NCBI RefSeq assembly: GCF_000306885.1
Contig: NC_018267.1
Coordinates: 810,001 to 842,000 of the forward strand
Direction of reading: 5' to 3'
From: Wolbachia endosymbiont of Onchocerca ochengi
GTDB lineage: Bacteria; Pseudomonadota; Alphaproteobacteria; Rickettsiales; Anaplasmataceae
Length of the DNA: 32,000 nt
Of the stretch, positions 1 to 10,086 are shown piece by piece. Every line of letters starts with the position of its first letter. The stretch's first letter is position 1. Under the pieces are notes generated by a model. The model was not told the origin of the DNA, did not search any database, and worked only from the letters and a program-made list of their open reading frames with translations. The translations under genes and the position numbers were made by a program.

Positions 1-299
1 AGTAAAGTCAAAAAGATACATTAACTAATAGGCTAATGTTTATACTATAAAATACTGATAAGGCTAATACTTTTCATGTGGCTGTTATAAATGGTTATTG
101 AGATATTATAGAAATTTTTCTAGATGAGAGTATTATAGTGCATATGTAAATGTTTCTGACTTTTCTAAGCTTTCTGTGCGTTAAGAAGTAGGTATTACTA
201 TACTTATATTAGTATAAATCATTATACACCGCTGTATTACGCTTCCTATTATGATGAATTGGAGGTTATAAGATTCTCTTTGTGGAGGAGGATAAATGC

Positions 300-600
300 T
301 TATGTTGCGTTTAGCATTGATGGATCTGAGGCTTTATACATATTGCCGCTTTAAATGGAGATAAGAATGTCATAGTAGAATTTCTCCTCAATCAAAAGGA
401 TCAAATGTGTTAATGATACTGATAAAGAGAGTTTGGACATCTTTGTATTTCACTTGCTCAAGGGAAATATTTAAAAGTTGTAAAACTCTTTATTAGAAAA
501 GGAGCAAATATTAATATTACCAGAGAAATAGGTTTACACTGTTATACTTTGCTACTCAAGAAGATCACTCGACACTGTCAGAAAGAGTTATTCAAGTGAT
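300..600 (+). pseudogene. Degenerate ankyrin-repeat protein remnant
   Basis: Frame-broken translations match the ANK consensus: 330.. GFIHIAALNGDKNVIVEFLLNQKD; then NDTDKES shifting frame into WTSLYFTCS (compare DKEGWTPLHFAC); then 477.. VVKLFIRKGANINITREIGLH followed, in another frame, by LYFATQEDHS. Multiple stops and frameshifts. Confidence 0.75.
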
Positions 601-2001
601 TCGGTATTACTTTCTCCTTATAAAAAGCTATATCATACTATTAACACATTTTAAGAAAAAGCAACAAGAAAGGTTTTTATGTAGCATTTTTAATGCAGAT
701 ATAAAATAAGTTCTCTAATTTACTTTTTTTAAAGGAGCATGGAGCTAAAATGTATAGTGAACATACAGTAATTACACGTAGCTTATTTCAAACTTTATTA
801 TCACAAGGCAGCAAATTGCTTCTAAAAAACTTAGAAACCTTAACTAAAATTTATAAGCGTATCGCCACAGGGTAAATGAACATCGAAAAAGTGAGAGAGA
901 GAAACTTTCGCTTTGAGTAAGTTACTTAATAACTTTGAGAAACAGATAGACTTTAACGAACAGTTTACATCTGAGCCTAATTCAGGCTTAGTTATAAGAT
1001 ACCCAGTGAGCATCAAGCTATAAACTGAAACTAAAAGTAATTTTGCTATTCACTTAGTACAAGTAATCACATTGTTCCTATTTATAATAGGACTGGTAAT
1101 AAACTTGCTTATTTTAATAGTAATTCAGTATCCATCTTTAGATTTGAAAGTACCGGTCAATTTATGGAAATTATAAAAAATGAGTAAAATCTGCTAACTT
1201 TGAAATAGGGGACAAAGGCTTACTTTGTCGAACACTTTGATGTTAATAAAGTTAATAGTAAATCATTCAGTGAAGATAGGTAAATTTCAGCAAACAAGAT
1301 TAAGGTAAAGTGTTAATTTCTAGGAGAATAAGATAAGGAGCTTGGTCTAGAGTATTGTTATACAGTTTTAATACTAGAGAATATCTTTGTGACTTGGAAA
1401 ATAGAGAGAATATAGAAGAGTAATGTAAGAATAAGATCAATTTTTTTTGAAGGCTTGAAACGCAAGCTTGAAGAAGCAGAGCAGACACATAGAAACAATT
1501 TTTATTGGGAAAGCCGGTTTGAAAGAAGCAATTAATTTTATAGCAACAAGCTCATTGCTGATTTTTTTACTGGTCTAATCCGATTAGGAAGCTAATTGTC
1601 TAAGAAAGCAGATGATAAACATGAGACTCATCTAAATGATCTAACAGTGGACAGCCAAGTTCCTAATATTTTTTGTCACACTGTTTTTATTTAATACTTC
1701 TTACTGGTGAATATATCATACTGTTGTCACTTTAAATCTGCAAAATTATTCTAACTTCTAGTTTTGATTAGAAGAAAATAAAAAAACAGGGGAATAGGGT
1801 AAACCAGGCTTTATATAGTGATATATCAGTCGCAGGCTTTGTTGTGTAGCGAGTAGTAGCAAAAGAGAAGAAAAAAAGGAAATTTGAAAGGAAGCGATTA
1901 TTCTTTTGAAAAATGAATATTTTGAGAAGTAAAAGTTATTATTGTAGCAGGTTTCGAGCTATAGCAAACTAATTATAGAGAAAAGTTCAGAGAAAAAAGA
2001 T

Positions 2002-2078
2002 TGGTGGGCCTGGGGAGAGTTGAACTTCCGACCTCACGCTTATCAGACGTGTGCTCTAACCAGCTGAGCTACAGACCC
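2002..2078 (-). tRNA. tRNA-Ile(GAT), with encoded 3' CCA
   Basis: Reverse complement GGGTCTGTAGCTCAGCTGGTTAGAGCACACGTCTGATAAGCGTGAGGTCGGAAGTTCAACTCTCCCCAGGCCCACCA folds as a cloverleaf: acceptor GGGTCTG/CAGGCCC, anticodon loop CTGATAA (GAT), T-loop GTTCAACTC. Confidence 0.97.
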
Positions 2079-2087
2079 CTGATTTAC

Positions 2088-2357
2088 TCAAGCTGAAACT
2101 TGCACATTATTCGCAGGCAAAATGTCAATAAAAGTTTTTTTATTCATTGATTTTCTAAATTTAACCCAGCCTTCCACTTTAGCAAAAATCGTATGATCTT
2201 TACCCATACCAACATTTTTTCCAGGGTGAAATTTTGTTCCCCTTTGACGGACAATTATATTACCAGGAGTAACTTTCCCGTTTTTTTTTATTCCTAACCT
2301 ACGACCTGCAGAATTTCTACCATTACAGGAACTACCACCTGATTTTTTGGTTGCCAT
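2088..2357 (-). CDS. rpmA: 50S ribosomal protein L27
   Basis: [62 protein letters not shown], classical L27 motifs; directly downstream of rplU. Confidence 0.98.
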   Translation of the reverse strand: MATKKSGGSSCNGRNSAGRRLGIKKNGKVTPGNIIVRQRGTKFHPGKNVGMGKDHTIFAKVEGWVKFRKSMNKKTFIDILPANNVQVSA

Positions 2358-2360
2358 ATC

Positions 2361-2669
2361 CTACCTCTTACCCTTGAAGTTAATTTCATTAATGCAAAGA
2401 ACAGTCACATGCTGTCTATGGCCAGTTTTTCTACGGTAATTTTTTCTTCTCTTCTTTTTAAAAATTATGACCTTTTCTTCTTTACGTTGTTCAAGTACTT
2501 TAGCTTTAACAGTGGCATTAAGTGAATAAGATAAATCGTTATCTGAAAGATAAATTACTTTACCGACCTCTACCTCCTTTCCTTCCTCAGCCTCTAATTT
2601 TTCTATTTTTATCACACTACCCTTTTTTACTAAGTACTGCTTTCCGCCTGTTTCAATCACTGCAAACAT
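2361..2669 (-). CDS. rplU: 50S ribosomal protein L21
   Basis: ORF MFAVIETGGKQYLVKKGSVIKIEKLEAEEG...KKKRRKNYRRKTGHRQHVTVLCI, typical L21; adjacent to rpmA. Confidence 0.98.
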   Translation of the reverse strand: MFAVIETGGKQYLVKKGSVIKIEKLEAEEGKEVEVGKVIYLSDNDLSYSLNATVKAKVLEQRKEEKVIIFKKKRRKNYRRKTGHRQHVTVLCINEINFKGKR

Positions 2670-3199
2670 ATCAAATATACACTTTTACTATTAATTTTGA
2701 TTGTAATCGTAAAGGATGTCATATATGCTGTCAAGACAAATGATTCTACCTAAGTTACATTAAACGCCTCCAGTAAATATACGAATGTACCATAAGCTAC
2801 AGCAATTCCATGAGCTCTTAGTGTTATGTCTCACGTCACAATATAATCTTGTCATACTTTCATTATTTTCAGCGTCAACATTCATGATTATGTGTTGGTA
2901 ACATTTTTGCTATGTAATTTGCTTTCCTTAATCAACCAAGTATAGCGGAGTGTTGTTATTTTTATCTTTAATGTTGATATTAGGTATCTTTATTTAATAA
3001 GACATTGTGCTACATCTAATTATCTTTTATCTTCAGCATCAACAACATAATTAAATCATTAAATCTACTCAAGAATTTTTTCTTTCCATATCTTTTAATA
3101 TGCGCCAATTATCTTACAATTACTACTTTTAACAAGCAAATGTAATGACGTATATTTTTGTTCATTGTAGGTATAATATACCTCACATTGTATTATATT

Positions 3200-3772
3200 A
3201 TAATTTATCAATTTTATAATTACCATTAAAATCTTTCCCTATTTTTTTTATCTTTCTTTTGCACCTTATCCCTATTGCCACTTCTAGCATTACCTATATC
3301 CAGGAACTTACCTTCCATGTTTATCTTTATAAACTAAATTTTCTCTCCTTGATTCTTTCTACTTAATATTACTCTCAGTCTCCTTACTTCATATTGTGTT
3401 AAATCCCACTGGATCAAAATCAATGCTTGTAGCAATAATAAAATTCTTTATTTCACATTCAACTTTTTACTACTCTTGCTTTTTTAAACAAGCAATAAAA
3501 TATTTTACTGAGCTAAATTTACCATTTTTTGTTAATAATCTACTTATATAGATTCTTGCATTTCTATTTTATGTGTACTTGATTTGTATAAATCTCCATG
3601 CTGTTTCTTTGTCTATCCTATTTGACTTGTTTCTTTTACACTGCAAAACAACATCATCAAGACCTGAAATTAGCTCAAATTCTGTGTAGCAAGGACGTTT
3701 TTTACCCCATAACACGTAGAAAATGACACCTAAATACAACTCTTGATAGGTAATACCAAGAGGTAAAGACAA
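3200..3772 (-). pseudogene. Degraded gene of unknown family
   Basis: ORF 3569..3772(-) (YLGVIFYVLWGKKRPCYTEFELISGLDDVVLQCKRNKSNRIDKETAWRFIQ) followed downstream on the same strand by a coding-like, frame-broken segment ECEIKNFIIATSIDFDPVGFNTI. No confident family match. Confidence 0.3.
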
Positions 3773-3938
3773 CGGTTTATGTCCCAGGTAGAGTAATTTT
3801 TAGATATCTCCAACCTTGTATAATTTTGTCAATAATATCAATAAATAGTGAAAAAAGTAATCAACCTATATGTTCCAGTATACAGATATCAGAGCATAGA
3901 TTTAAAAGTATTACAAGATATGTTGTTAATATAAGAAA

Positions 3939-5363
3939 TTAATTACTTAATCTTTCACTTAAAATCAAATTCACAACATTAGGGTTAGCTTTTCCTTTAG
4001 TAAGTTTCATAACTTCGCCAACGAAAAATCCGTATAATTTTATCTTACCGCTTTTGTATTCTTGAACTTTATCTTGGTTGTCATTGATGATTTTGCTGAT
4101 AATTTTTGATATTTGTTCTTTATCAGCTATTTGTTTCAGGTCCTGCTCTTCTATAATAAGAGATGCAGGTTTACCAGTCTCAAACATAATATCAAAAACC
4201 TGTTTACCAAGTTTAGCGGATATTGTTTCATCAACGATAAAATCCAAAAGTTTTGATAGGGCATTTGCTTTGACTGGAGAGTTCGTAATATCAATACCTG
4301 CTTTATTCAAACGACCTAAAAGTTCTACGGTTAGCCAAGTAACTGCGAGCTTTGAATCGTGCTTTTTTGTTAACTCCTCAAAGTAATCAGCAATTGCTTT
4401 ATCAGAAATAATGACGTCCGCGTCATATTCGCTGATACCCAATTCCTTGATATATCGTAGTTTTTTTTGATCTGGTAATTCTGGTAAAGATGACTTAATA
4501 GAGTCGATTTTATCCTGGCTTACTTCGATAGGCAATAAATCAGGTTCAGGGAAATACCTATAGTCGCTTGCATCCTCTTTATTCCGCATCACTTTTGTTT
4601 TTCCTAAAGCGATATCAAACAATAAGGCATCTTGATTTACCTCTTCACCATTCTCTAAAACTTCAATTTGCCTTTGTATTTCATACTCTATAGCTTGAAT
4701 AATGTAACGTATTGAATTTAAGTTTTTTATTTCACAACGAGTGCCAAATGTGCTACTACCTTTTGGGCGCACAGAAACATTTGCATCACAACGAAGTGAA
4801 CCCTTTTCCATATCACCATCACATGAACCAATGTAACGCAAAATCTGCCTCAATTTTTTCATAAATTCTGCAGCTTCTATAGATGACCTAAGATCCGGCT
4901 CTGAAACGATTTCCATTAAAGGAACTCCTGCACGATTTAAATCTACGTAAGTTTTGCTTTTTTCATGGATGCTCTTTCCTGCATCTTGCTCTAAATGAAT
5001 CCTTGCAATTCTTATTCCTTTTTCATTACTATCAATAAACACTATGCCGTTCTTAACTATTGGTTCAAAAAATTGAGTTATCTGGTAACCTTGTGGTAAA
5101 TCAGGATAAAAATAATTTTTTCGGTCAAAGTAAGAGCACTTATTAATCTCTGCGGAAAGTGCAAGGCCGGTGCGTATCACCTGTTCTATAGAGTAGTAAT
5201 TCAGTATTGGTAGTGTACCTGGCATTGCTGCATCAAATAGAGAAACTTGAGTATTGTGCTCAGTACCAAACTTAGTTGATGAACTAGAAAATAGCTTTGT
5301 CTTAGAGGAAACTTGAGCATGCACCTCAAGTCCGATTACTGCCTCCCAATTCTCTTTTGCCAT
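3939..5363 (-). CDS. gatB: Aspartyl/glutamyl-tRNA(Asn/Gln) amidotransferase subunit B
   Basis: 474 aa; [28 protein letters not shown]..., [47 protein letters not shown]: GatB signatures. Confidence 0.98.
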   Translation of the reverse strand: MAKENWEAVIGLEVHAQVSSKTKLFSSSSTKFGTEHNTQVSLFDAAMPGTLPILNYYSIEQVIRTGLALSAEINKCSYFDRKNYFYPDLPQGYQITQFFEPIVKNGIVFIDSNEKGIRIARIHLEQDAGKSIHEKSKTYVDLNRAGVPLMEIVSEPDLRSSIEAAEFMKKLRQILRYIGSCDGDMEKGSLRCDANVSVRPKGSSTFGTRCEIKNLNSIRYIIQAIEYEIQRQIEVLENGEEVNQDALLFDIALGKTKVMRNKEDASDYRYFPEPDLLPIEVSQDKIDSIKSSLPELPDQKKLRYIKELGISEYDADVIISDKAIADYFEELTKKHDSKLAVTWLTVELLGRLNKAGIDITNSPVKANALSKLLDFIVDETISAKLGKQVFDIMFETGKPASLIIEEQDLKQIADKEQISKIISKIINDNQDKVQEYKSGKIKLYGFFVGEVMKLTKGKANPNVVNLILSERLSN

Positions 5364-5491
5364 GCATTTGATTTAAATAATAATTTAAATATTCTGTAAA
5401 ATTAGCATAAAAAGTCAAAATAAAACTTATGATTTAAGATCATCATGTTGTAAACGAATATTACAATTTTAGGTAAAAACGCAAAAACTAC

Positions 5492-5522
5492 TTGACAATC
5501 TCCACCGGTTTCTTTCTACTAT
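5492..5522 (+). promoter_or_regulatory. Putative sigma-70 promoter reading away from gatB, antisense in the dnaK-gatB spacer
   Basis: TTGACA (5492-5497), then TACTAT (5517-5522) with a 19-nt spacer (longer than the ideal 17); no plus-strand ORF downstream. Confidence 0.35.
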
Positions 5523-5528
5523 ACAATA

Positions 5529-5600
5529 AAGTGTTTAAGACAGTGTCGTCAACACTGAAAACAGATAGTGAGTAAGGCTCCATTCACCTTTTTCTTTATT
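5529..5600 (+). ncRNA. Candidate small RNA, unnamed
   Basis: Downstream of the TTGACA box: hairpin CAGTGT-cgtca-ACACTG (5541-5557), then GTGAGT-aaggctcc-ATTCAC (5568-5587) followed by CTTTTTCTTT. No ORF. Confidence 0.25.
5568..5598 (+). terminator. Terminator-like hairpin plus T-rich tract on the plus strand
   Basis: 6-bp stem GTGAGT/ATTCAC including one G-T wobble, 8-nt loop, followed by CTTTTTCTTTA. Confidence 0.35.
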
Positions 5601-5658
5601 TGATAAGCTTAAATACCAAACTAGATAATACTGGAACGACAAAAAATCAAACACACCT

Positions 5659-7578
5659 CTATTTATTCTCTTTTTTGTTATCTATATCCTGATAATCAGA
5701 ATCTACCACTTTCCCTTCCTCATTATTTGATGTGGATGAGCTAGTAGAGTTTTCTCCACTATGTTGTTGAGATTCTTTATACATAACTTCTCCAAGCTTC
5801 ATAGATAATTGAGAGAGGTTAGTAATCTTCTGCTGTATTGAATTAGTGTCATTAACGTTACTAGATTTGCTAGCTTCCTTTAACTCATTGATCGCATTTT
5901 CAATAGCAGATTTATCGCTTGATGAAACTTTATCACCATATTCCTTCAAAGATTTTTCTGTATGATGAATTAGACTATCTGCCTGATTTTTTACTTCAAT
6001 AAATTTCTTACGCTCCTCATCTTCTTGTGCTTTCTCTTCAGCTTCTCTCACCATACGACTTATTTCGTCATCAGATAGACCACCTGAAGACTGAATACGT
6101 ATTTTTTGCTCTTTCCCAGTAGCTTTATCTTTTGCAGAAACGTGTACTATTCCATTCGCATCTATATCGAATGTCACCTCAATCTGAGGGATCCCACGAG
6201 GAGCAGGTGGTATTCCTTCTAAACTGAATTGGCCAAGCAACTTATTATCGGCTGCCAGTTTCCTCTCACCTTGATGTACTTTGATAGTAACAGCAGCTTG
6301 ATTATCTTCTGCAGTTGAAAATATCTGAGATTTTTTAGTAGGAATTGTAGTATTACGTTCAATAAGTGGAGTAAATACTCCCCCTAAAGTTTCGATACCA
6401 AGAGAAAGTGGTGTCACATCAAGCAATAACACATCTCTTACATCACCTTGAACAATTCCTGCTTGTATTGCAGCCCCAATTGCCACAACTTCATCAGGAT
6501 TTACTCCTCTATGTGGATCTTTGCCAAAGAATTCTTTAACCTTCTCAATTACTTTTGGCATACGAGTCATACCACCAACAAGCACCACTTCACCGATTTG
6601 ACTAGCAGATATACCAGCATCTTCAAGAGCTTTTTTACAAGGGATCATAGTTTTTTTAATTAAATCATTCACTAAACTTTCAAGTTTAGCCCTTGTTAAC
6701 TTCATATTTAAATGTTTTGGGCCACTTGCATCAGCTGTAATAAACGGCAGATTTATTTCTGTTTCCATTGCGCTTGATAACTCAATTTTCGCTTTTTCCG
6801 CAGCTTCTTTGACCCTCTGCATAGCCATCGGATCATTTCTTAAGCTAATGCCAGTATTTCTTTTAAACTCATCCAATAAATAACTTACTACTGCGTCATC
6901 AAAGTCTTCACCGCCAAGATGAGTATCACCGTTTGTTGCTTTTACCTCAAAAACCCCATCACCTATTTCAAGTATTGAAACATCAAATGTACCACCACCA
7001 AGGTCATATACTACTATTGTGTGTCCATGTTTTTTATCAAGACCATAAGCAAGTGCTGCAGCAGTAGGCTCATTAACTATCCTGAGTACATTTAACCCAG
7101 CAATTTTTCCTGCATCCTTTGTTGCTTGGCGTTGTGAGTCGTTAAAATATGCTGGCACTGTTATTACAGCATCCTTTACCTCTTCTCCAAGATAAGCTTC
7201 CGCTGCTTCTTTCATGTTTTGCAGTATAAATGCACCAATTTGACTAGGAGAGTATTCTTTATTACTAGATGTTTTAACCCATGCATCGCCATTTTTTGCT
7301 GCAAACACTTTATATGGAACATTGAGATTTTTTATCTCAGGATCACTATGTTGACGGCCTATTAATCTCTTAGTAGCAAAAAAGGTATTACTTGCATTTG
7401 TAGTTGCTTGTCTTTTTGCAGGAGCGCCAATCAATCTCTCTCCTGATGAAGTAAACGCAACTATGGATGGAGTAGTTCTTGCTCCTTCTTTATTTTCTAT
7501 TACCTTCGTATCTTTACCATGCATTATCGCAACACAAGAATTTGTTGTTCCAAGATCTATACCTATTGCTCTCCCCAT
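5659..7578 (-). CDS. dnaK: Chaperone protein DnaK (Hsp70)
   Basis: [19 protein letters not shown]..., [55 protein letters not shown]. The track ORF extends to 7611, but the conserved N-terminus starts at the ATG at 7578. Confidence 0.98.
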   Translation of the reverse strand: MGRAIGIDLGTTNSCVAIMHGKDTKVIENKEGARTTPSIVAFTSSGERLIGAPAKRQATTNASNTFFATKRLIGRQHSDPEIKNLNVPYKVFAAKNGDAWVKTSSNKEYSPSQIGAFILQNMKEAAEAYLGEEVKDAVITVPAYFNDSQRQATKDAGKIAGLNVLRIVNEPTAAALAYGLDKKHGHTIVVYDLGGGTFDVSILEIGDGVFEVKATNGDTHLGGEDFDDAVVSYLLDEFKRNTGISLRNDPMAMQRVKEAAEKAKIELSSAMETEINLPFITADASGPKHLNMKLTRAKLESLVNDLIKKTMIPCKKALEDAGISASQIGEVVLVGGMTRMPKVIEKVKEFFGKDPHRGVNPDEVVAIGAAIQAGIVQGDVRDVLLLDVTPLSLGIETLGGVFTPLIERNTTIPTKKSQIFSTAEDNQAAVTIKVHQGERKLAADNKLLGQFSLEGIPPAPRGIPQIEVTFDIDANGIVHVSAKDKATGKEQKIRIQSSGGLSDDEISRMVREAEEKAQEDEERKKFIEVKNQADSLIHHTEKSLKEYGDKVSSSDKSAIENAINELKEASKSSNVNDTNSIQQKITNLSQLSMKLGEVMYKESQQHSGENSTSSSTSNNEEGKVVDSDYQDIDNKKENK

Positions 7579-7616
7579 AATGAATACTCCCTTGTAAATA
7601 TTACTTAACATAAGGA

Positions 7617-7645
7617 TATATAAGTATGGAACTTGCCAATTACAA
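7617..7645 (-). promoter_or_regulatory. Putative dnaK promoter
   Basis: Minus strand TTGTAA (7645-7640), 17-nt spacer, TATATA (7622-7617), about 40 nt upstream of the dnaK ATG. A weak heat-shock-like CTTGTAA...CCATACT overlaps it. Confidence 0.45.
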
Positions 7646-7665
7646 GTCCCACTCAGGATTTCTGG

Positions 7666-9438
7666 TTAGCTATTAGAGCTCAAAAGACGTGAAAGCCATC
7701 TAGTTAACCAAAAGTTATTTTGCAATCCACCTGAGTAATTAACCTTCTCATTGTCGTTACCCTCGGTTTTATAACCAGAATTTTGCAGTGGCTTACAATC
7801 ATTTAAATTAACATTATCTCCTCGTTTTAAAATGAATGCATCTACACTTAAATTATTATCAGCATTAACGTTCAATTTAATATTGAATTCTTTTTCAATC
7901 GTAGAAACTGTATCACGCTTATTATTAAAAATGTGTGTAATAATTGAGCTATGTGCCAATAAATCAAATGATCCATTTCGGTTTCTACTAGCAACATATT
8001 GTAATTCTCTTAATACTGATGCAACAATTACTTCATTTGATTTTACTTTACCAACTCCCCTACAGTGTAAACATTCTATAGTATTGATTTCCTGTATGCT
8101 TGGTTTAATCCTTTGCCTTGAAAATACCATTAAACCAAAGTCATTTATATAGCTAAACTGAACTTTAGCTTTATCATCTTTAAATGCCTGCCTAACGGCA
8201 AATTCAACAGCTCTGCAATATTGATATTTTAACATACCAATAAAATCTACTACTATTAACCCTGACAAGCCTCTTAAATTTACTTGTCTTGATATTTCAG
8301 GTACTGCTTCCATATTGGTTCTATAAGCTGTTTCTTCTATACTATCTTCCTCCATCATTTTTCCCGAGTTTACATCTATTGAAACAAACGCTTCAGTTAA
8401 AGTTATTATTAAAGACCCACCAGATGGTAATTTTACCCTATTGCTATATAGCTCAGAAACTTGATCCTCAATTCCGTAGTAAGTAAATATCGGAACAAAA
8501 CCTCTATACAGCCTATAGCGTAACTTACTACCCTTTAATGCATTTTCAGTATATTGTTTTACTACTTCAAAAGCTTCTTTTCCAGATACTATAATTTCCA
8601 CATCATTGCTACAAAAATCACGAATAGATCTCATAATCAAGTCTGCTTCGTTATAGATCAACGATGGAACATTTGTAGAGGAAGCATTTTTTTGAATGTT
8701 CTGCCACAGTGAAAATAGATAATTATAATCCTGCTCAATTTCTTTTTTACTTTTTCCTGAGCCAATGGTCCTTATTATTAAACATGACTTTTTTGGCAAG
8801 CTTATTGAATCAAGTATGTCCTTTAATTGCTTTCTGATATTGGCATCTTCAATTTTGCGAGATATTCCACCTTTGCTCATGGAATTGGGCATGAAAATAC
8901 AGTATCTACCCACTAAAGTTATGTAAGTTGTAAATGAAGCTCCCTTATTACCTCGTTCCTCTTTAGTCAGTTGAACTAATATTTTTTGATTAACCGCAAT
9001 AACATCCTGTAACTTGTACTTCTTATACAAAGATACTTCCCTTACAAAGCTACTACTCGATTCATTAATATTTTTATTAGCTGCAGAATCTGAAGAAACA
9101 TTCGTTGATACACTACTATTTTCCTCTGTGTAATCACCATTTGAACAACTTTCAAAAAAAGCTTCCTTTTCTTTTTCTGAAATATTAAAATAATCTGGAG
9201 ATATTTCGGAAAAAGATAAAAACCCTTGCTTATTTTTTCCATATTCAATAAATACAGCCTGCAAAGAAGGCTTTATACGCTTTACATAAGCAACGTATAT
9301 ATTTCCTCTTAACTGCCTTTTCTCTTTAAATTCTTGTTCAAACTCTACAATCTTATTATTGACTGATAAAGCAACCCTTACTTCATCAGAGCAGATAGAA
9401 TTTTCTATCAATAGTAACCTTTTACTATTATTTACCAC
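7666..9438 (-). CDS. rne: Ribonuclease E/G family protein
   Basis: 590 aa; NIYVAYVKRIKPSLQAVFIEYGKNKQGFLSFSEI (split S1), SGGSLIITLTEAFVSIDVNSG, LRGLSGLIVVDFIGM, Zn-link-like motif CLHCRGVGKV. Confidence 0.92.
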   Translation of the reverse strand: MVNNSKRLLLIENSICSDEVRVALSVNNKIVEFEQEFKEKRQLRGNIYVAYVKRIKPSLQAVFIEYGKNKQGFLSFSEISPDYFNISEKEKEAFFESCSNGDYTEENSSVSTNVSSDSAANKNINESSSSFVREVSLYKKYKLQDVIAVNQKILVQLTKEERGNKGASFTTYITLVGRYCIFMPNSMSKGGISRKIEDANIRKQLKDILDSISLPKKSCLIIRTIGSGKSKKEIEQDYNYLFSLWQNIQKNASSTNVPSLIYNEADLIMRSIRDFCSNDVEIIVSGKEAFEVVKQYTENALKGSKLRYRLYRGFVPIFTYYGIEDQVSELYSNRVKLPSGGSLIITLTEAFVSIDVNSGKMMEEDSIEETAYRTNMEAVPEISRQVNLRGLSGLIVVDFIGMLKYQYCRAVEFAVRQAFKDDKAKVQFSYINDFGLMVFSRQRIKPSIQEINTIECLHCRGVGKVKSNEVIVASVLRELQYVASRNRNGSFDLLAHSSIITHIFNNKRDTVSTIEKEFNIKLNVNADNNLSVDAFILKRGDNVNLNDCKPLQNSGYKTEGNDNEKVNYSGGLQNNFWLTRWLSRLLSSNS

Positions 9439-9464
9439 TTGCCTTTCATTCTAAACTTAACTCT

Positions 9465-9492
9465 ATATTATTAATATACCGTAGATTGTCAA
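9465..9492 (-). promoter_or_regulatory. Putative promoter for the RNase E/G gene
   Basis: Minus strand TTGACA (9492-9487), 16-nt spacer, TAATAT (9470-9465), about 27 nt upstream of the ORF start. Confidence 0.45.
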
Positions 9493-9531
9493 GAATCTTA
9501 CGATCTATACTGTTCAAAGGATACAAAATAG

Positions 9532-9560
9532 TTGACTTTTAGTGTTTCTTGTAATAAACT
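9532..9560 (+). promoter_or_regulatory. Putative rpmG promoter
   Basis: TTGACT (9532-9537), 17-nt spacer, TAAACT (9555-9560), 25 nt upstream of the rpmG ATG at 9586. Confidence 0.45.
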
Positions 9561-9585
9561 TAAAAGGAACTTATACTTATTAAGT

Positions 9586-9786
9586 ATGGCAAAAAAGAAT
9601 GTTTCTTTGCTTGTTAAGCTAGTTAGTAGTGCAATTAAGAAAACAAGTACTGGTGAAGAAAAATTAACGGGCTATTTTTACACAAAAAAGCGTAATCCAA
9701 AAAAGCTCATTAGAAAACTAGAGTTTAGGAAATATGATCCAGTAGCCAGAAAGCATGTATTGTTTAAGGAAGAAAAATTAAAGTAG
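9586..9786 (+). CDS. rpmG: 50S ribosomal protein L33
   Basis: [67 protein letters not shown]33. The track start at 9532 is a non-ATG extension overlapping the promoter; ATG at 9586 preferred. Confidence 0.96.
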   Translation: MAKKNVSLLVKLVSSAIKKTSTGEEKLTGYFYTKKRNPKKLIRKLEFRKYDPVARKHVLFKEEKLK

Positions 9787-9810
9787 TTTTCTATAAGGAA
9801 GTTTTTTGTC

Positions 9811-10086
9811 ATGCAAAATTTACAATTAAGTTATCCAATAGTGATAGAGTTGGGTGACATAAAAGACACAAAACTGAAATTAATGAAGGTTATCGCACAG
9901 CTAATAAGTAAGAAATATAGAACACAAAAAAAAGCAGCAACTGCTCTAAAAATTGATCAACCTAAAGTATCTCAAATTAATAAGTCAAAAATCGAAGGGT
10001 TTTCTTTAGAGTACCTGTTTAACTTACTAGTTGCACTTGGTCAAGATATAGATATGGAAATAAGGTATAGTTCTAAATCTATATAA
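9811..10086 (+). CDS. Small XRE-family helix-turn-helix protein (HigA-like antitoxin/regulator type)
   Basis: 91 aa with ELGDIKDTKLKLMKVIAQLISKKYRTQKKAATALKIDQPKVSQINKSKIEGFSLEYLFNLLVALGQDIDMEI: HTH followed by the ...FSLEYLFNLLVALGQDIDMEI tail typical of HigA-type XRE proteins. Confidence 0.8.
   Translation: MQNLQLSYPIVIELGDIKDTKLKLMKVIAQLISKKYRTQKKAATALKIDQPKVSQINKSKIEGFSLEYLFNLLVALGQDIDMEIRYSSKSI

Noticed and set aside
1300-1488. 62-aa minus-strand ORF
   Set aside because: Leu/Ser-rich short ORF in degenerate region, no recognisable domain.
2522-2743. 73-aa plus-strand ORF
   Set aside because: Antisense to rplU; low-complexity product with no recognisable family.
4078-4386. 102-aa plus-strand ORF
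   Set aside because: Antisense shadow of gatB; the conserved strand is gatB.
6448-9248. ORFs 6448..6663, 7832..8152, 8289..8486 (+) and 9042..9248 (-)
   Set aside because: Overlap dnaK or RNase E/G coding sequence in other frames or strands, with no domain resemblance.
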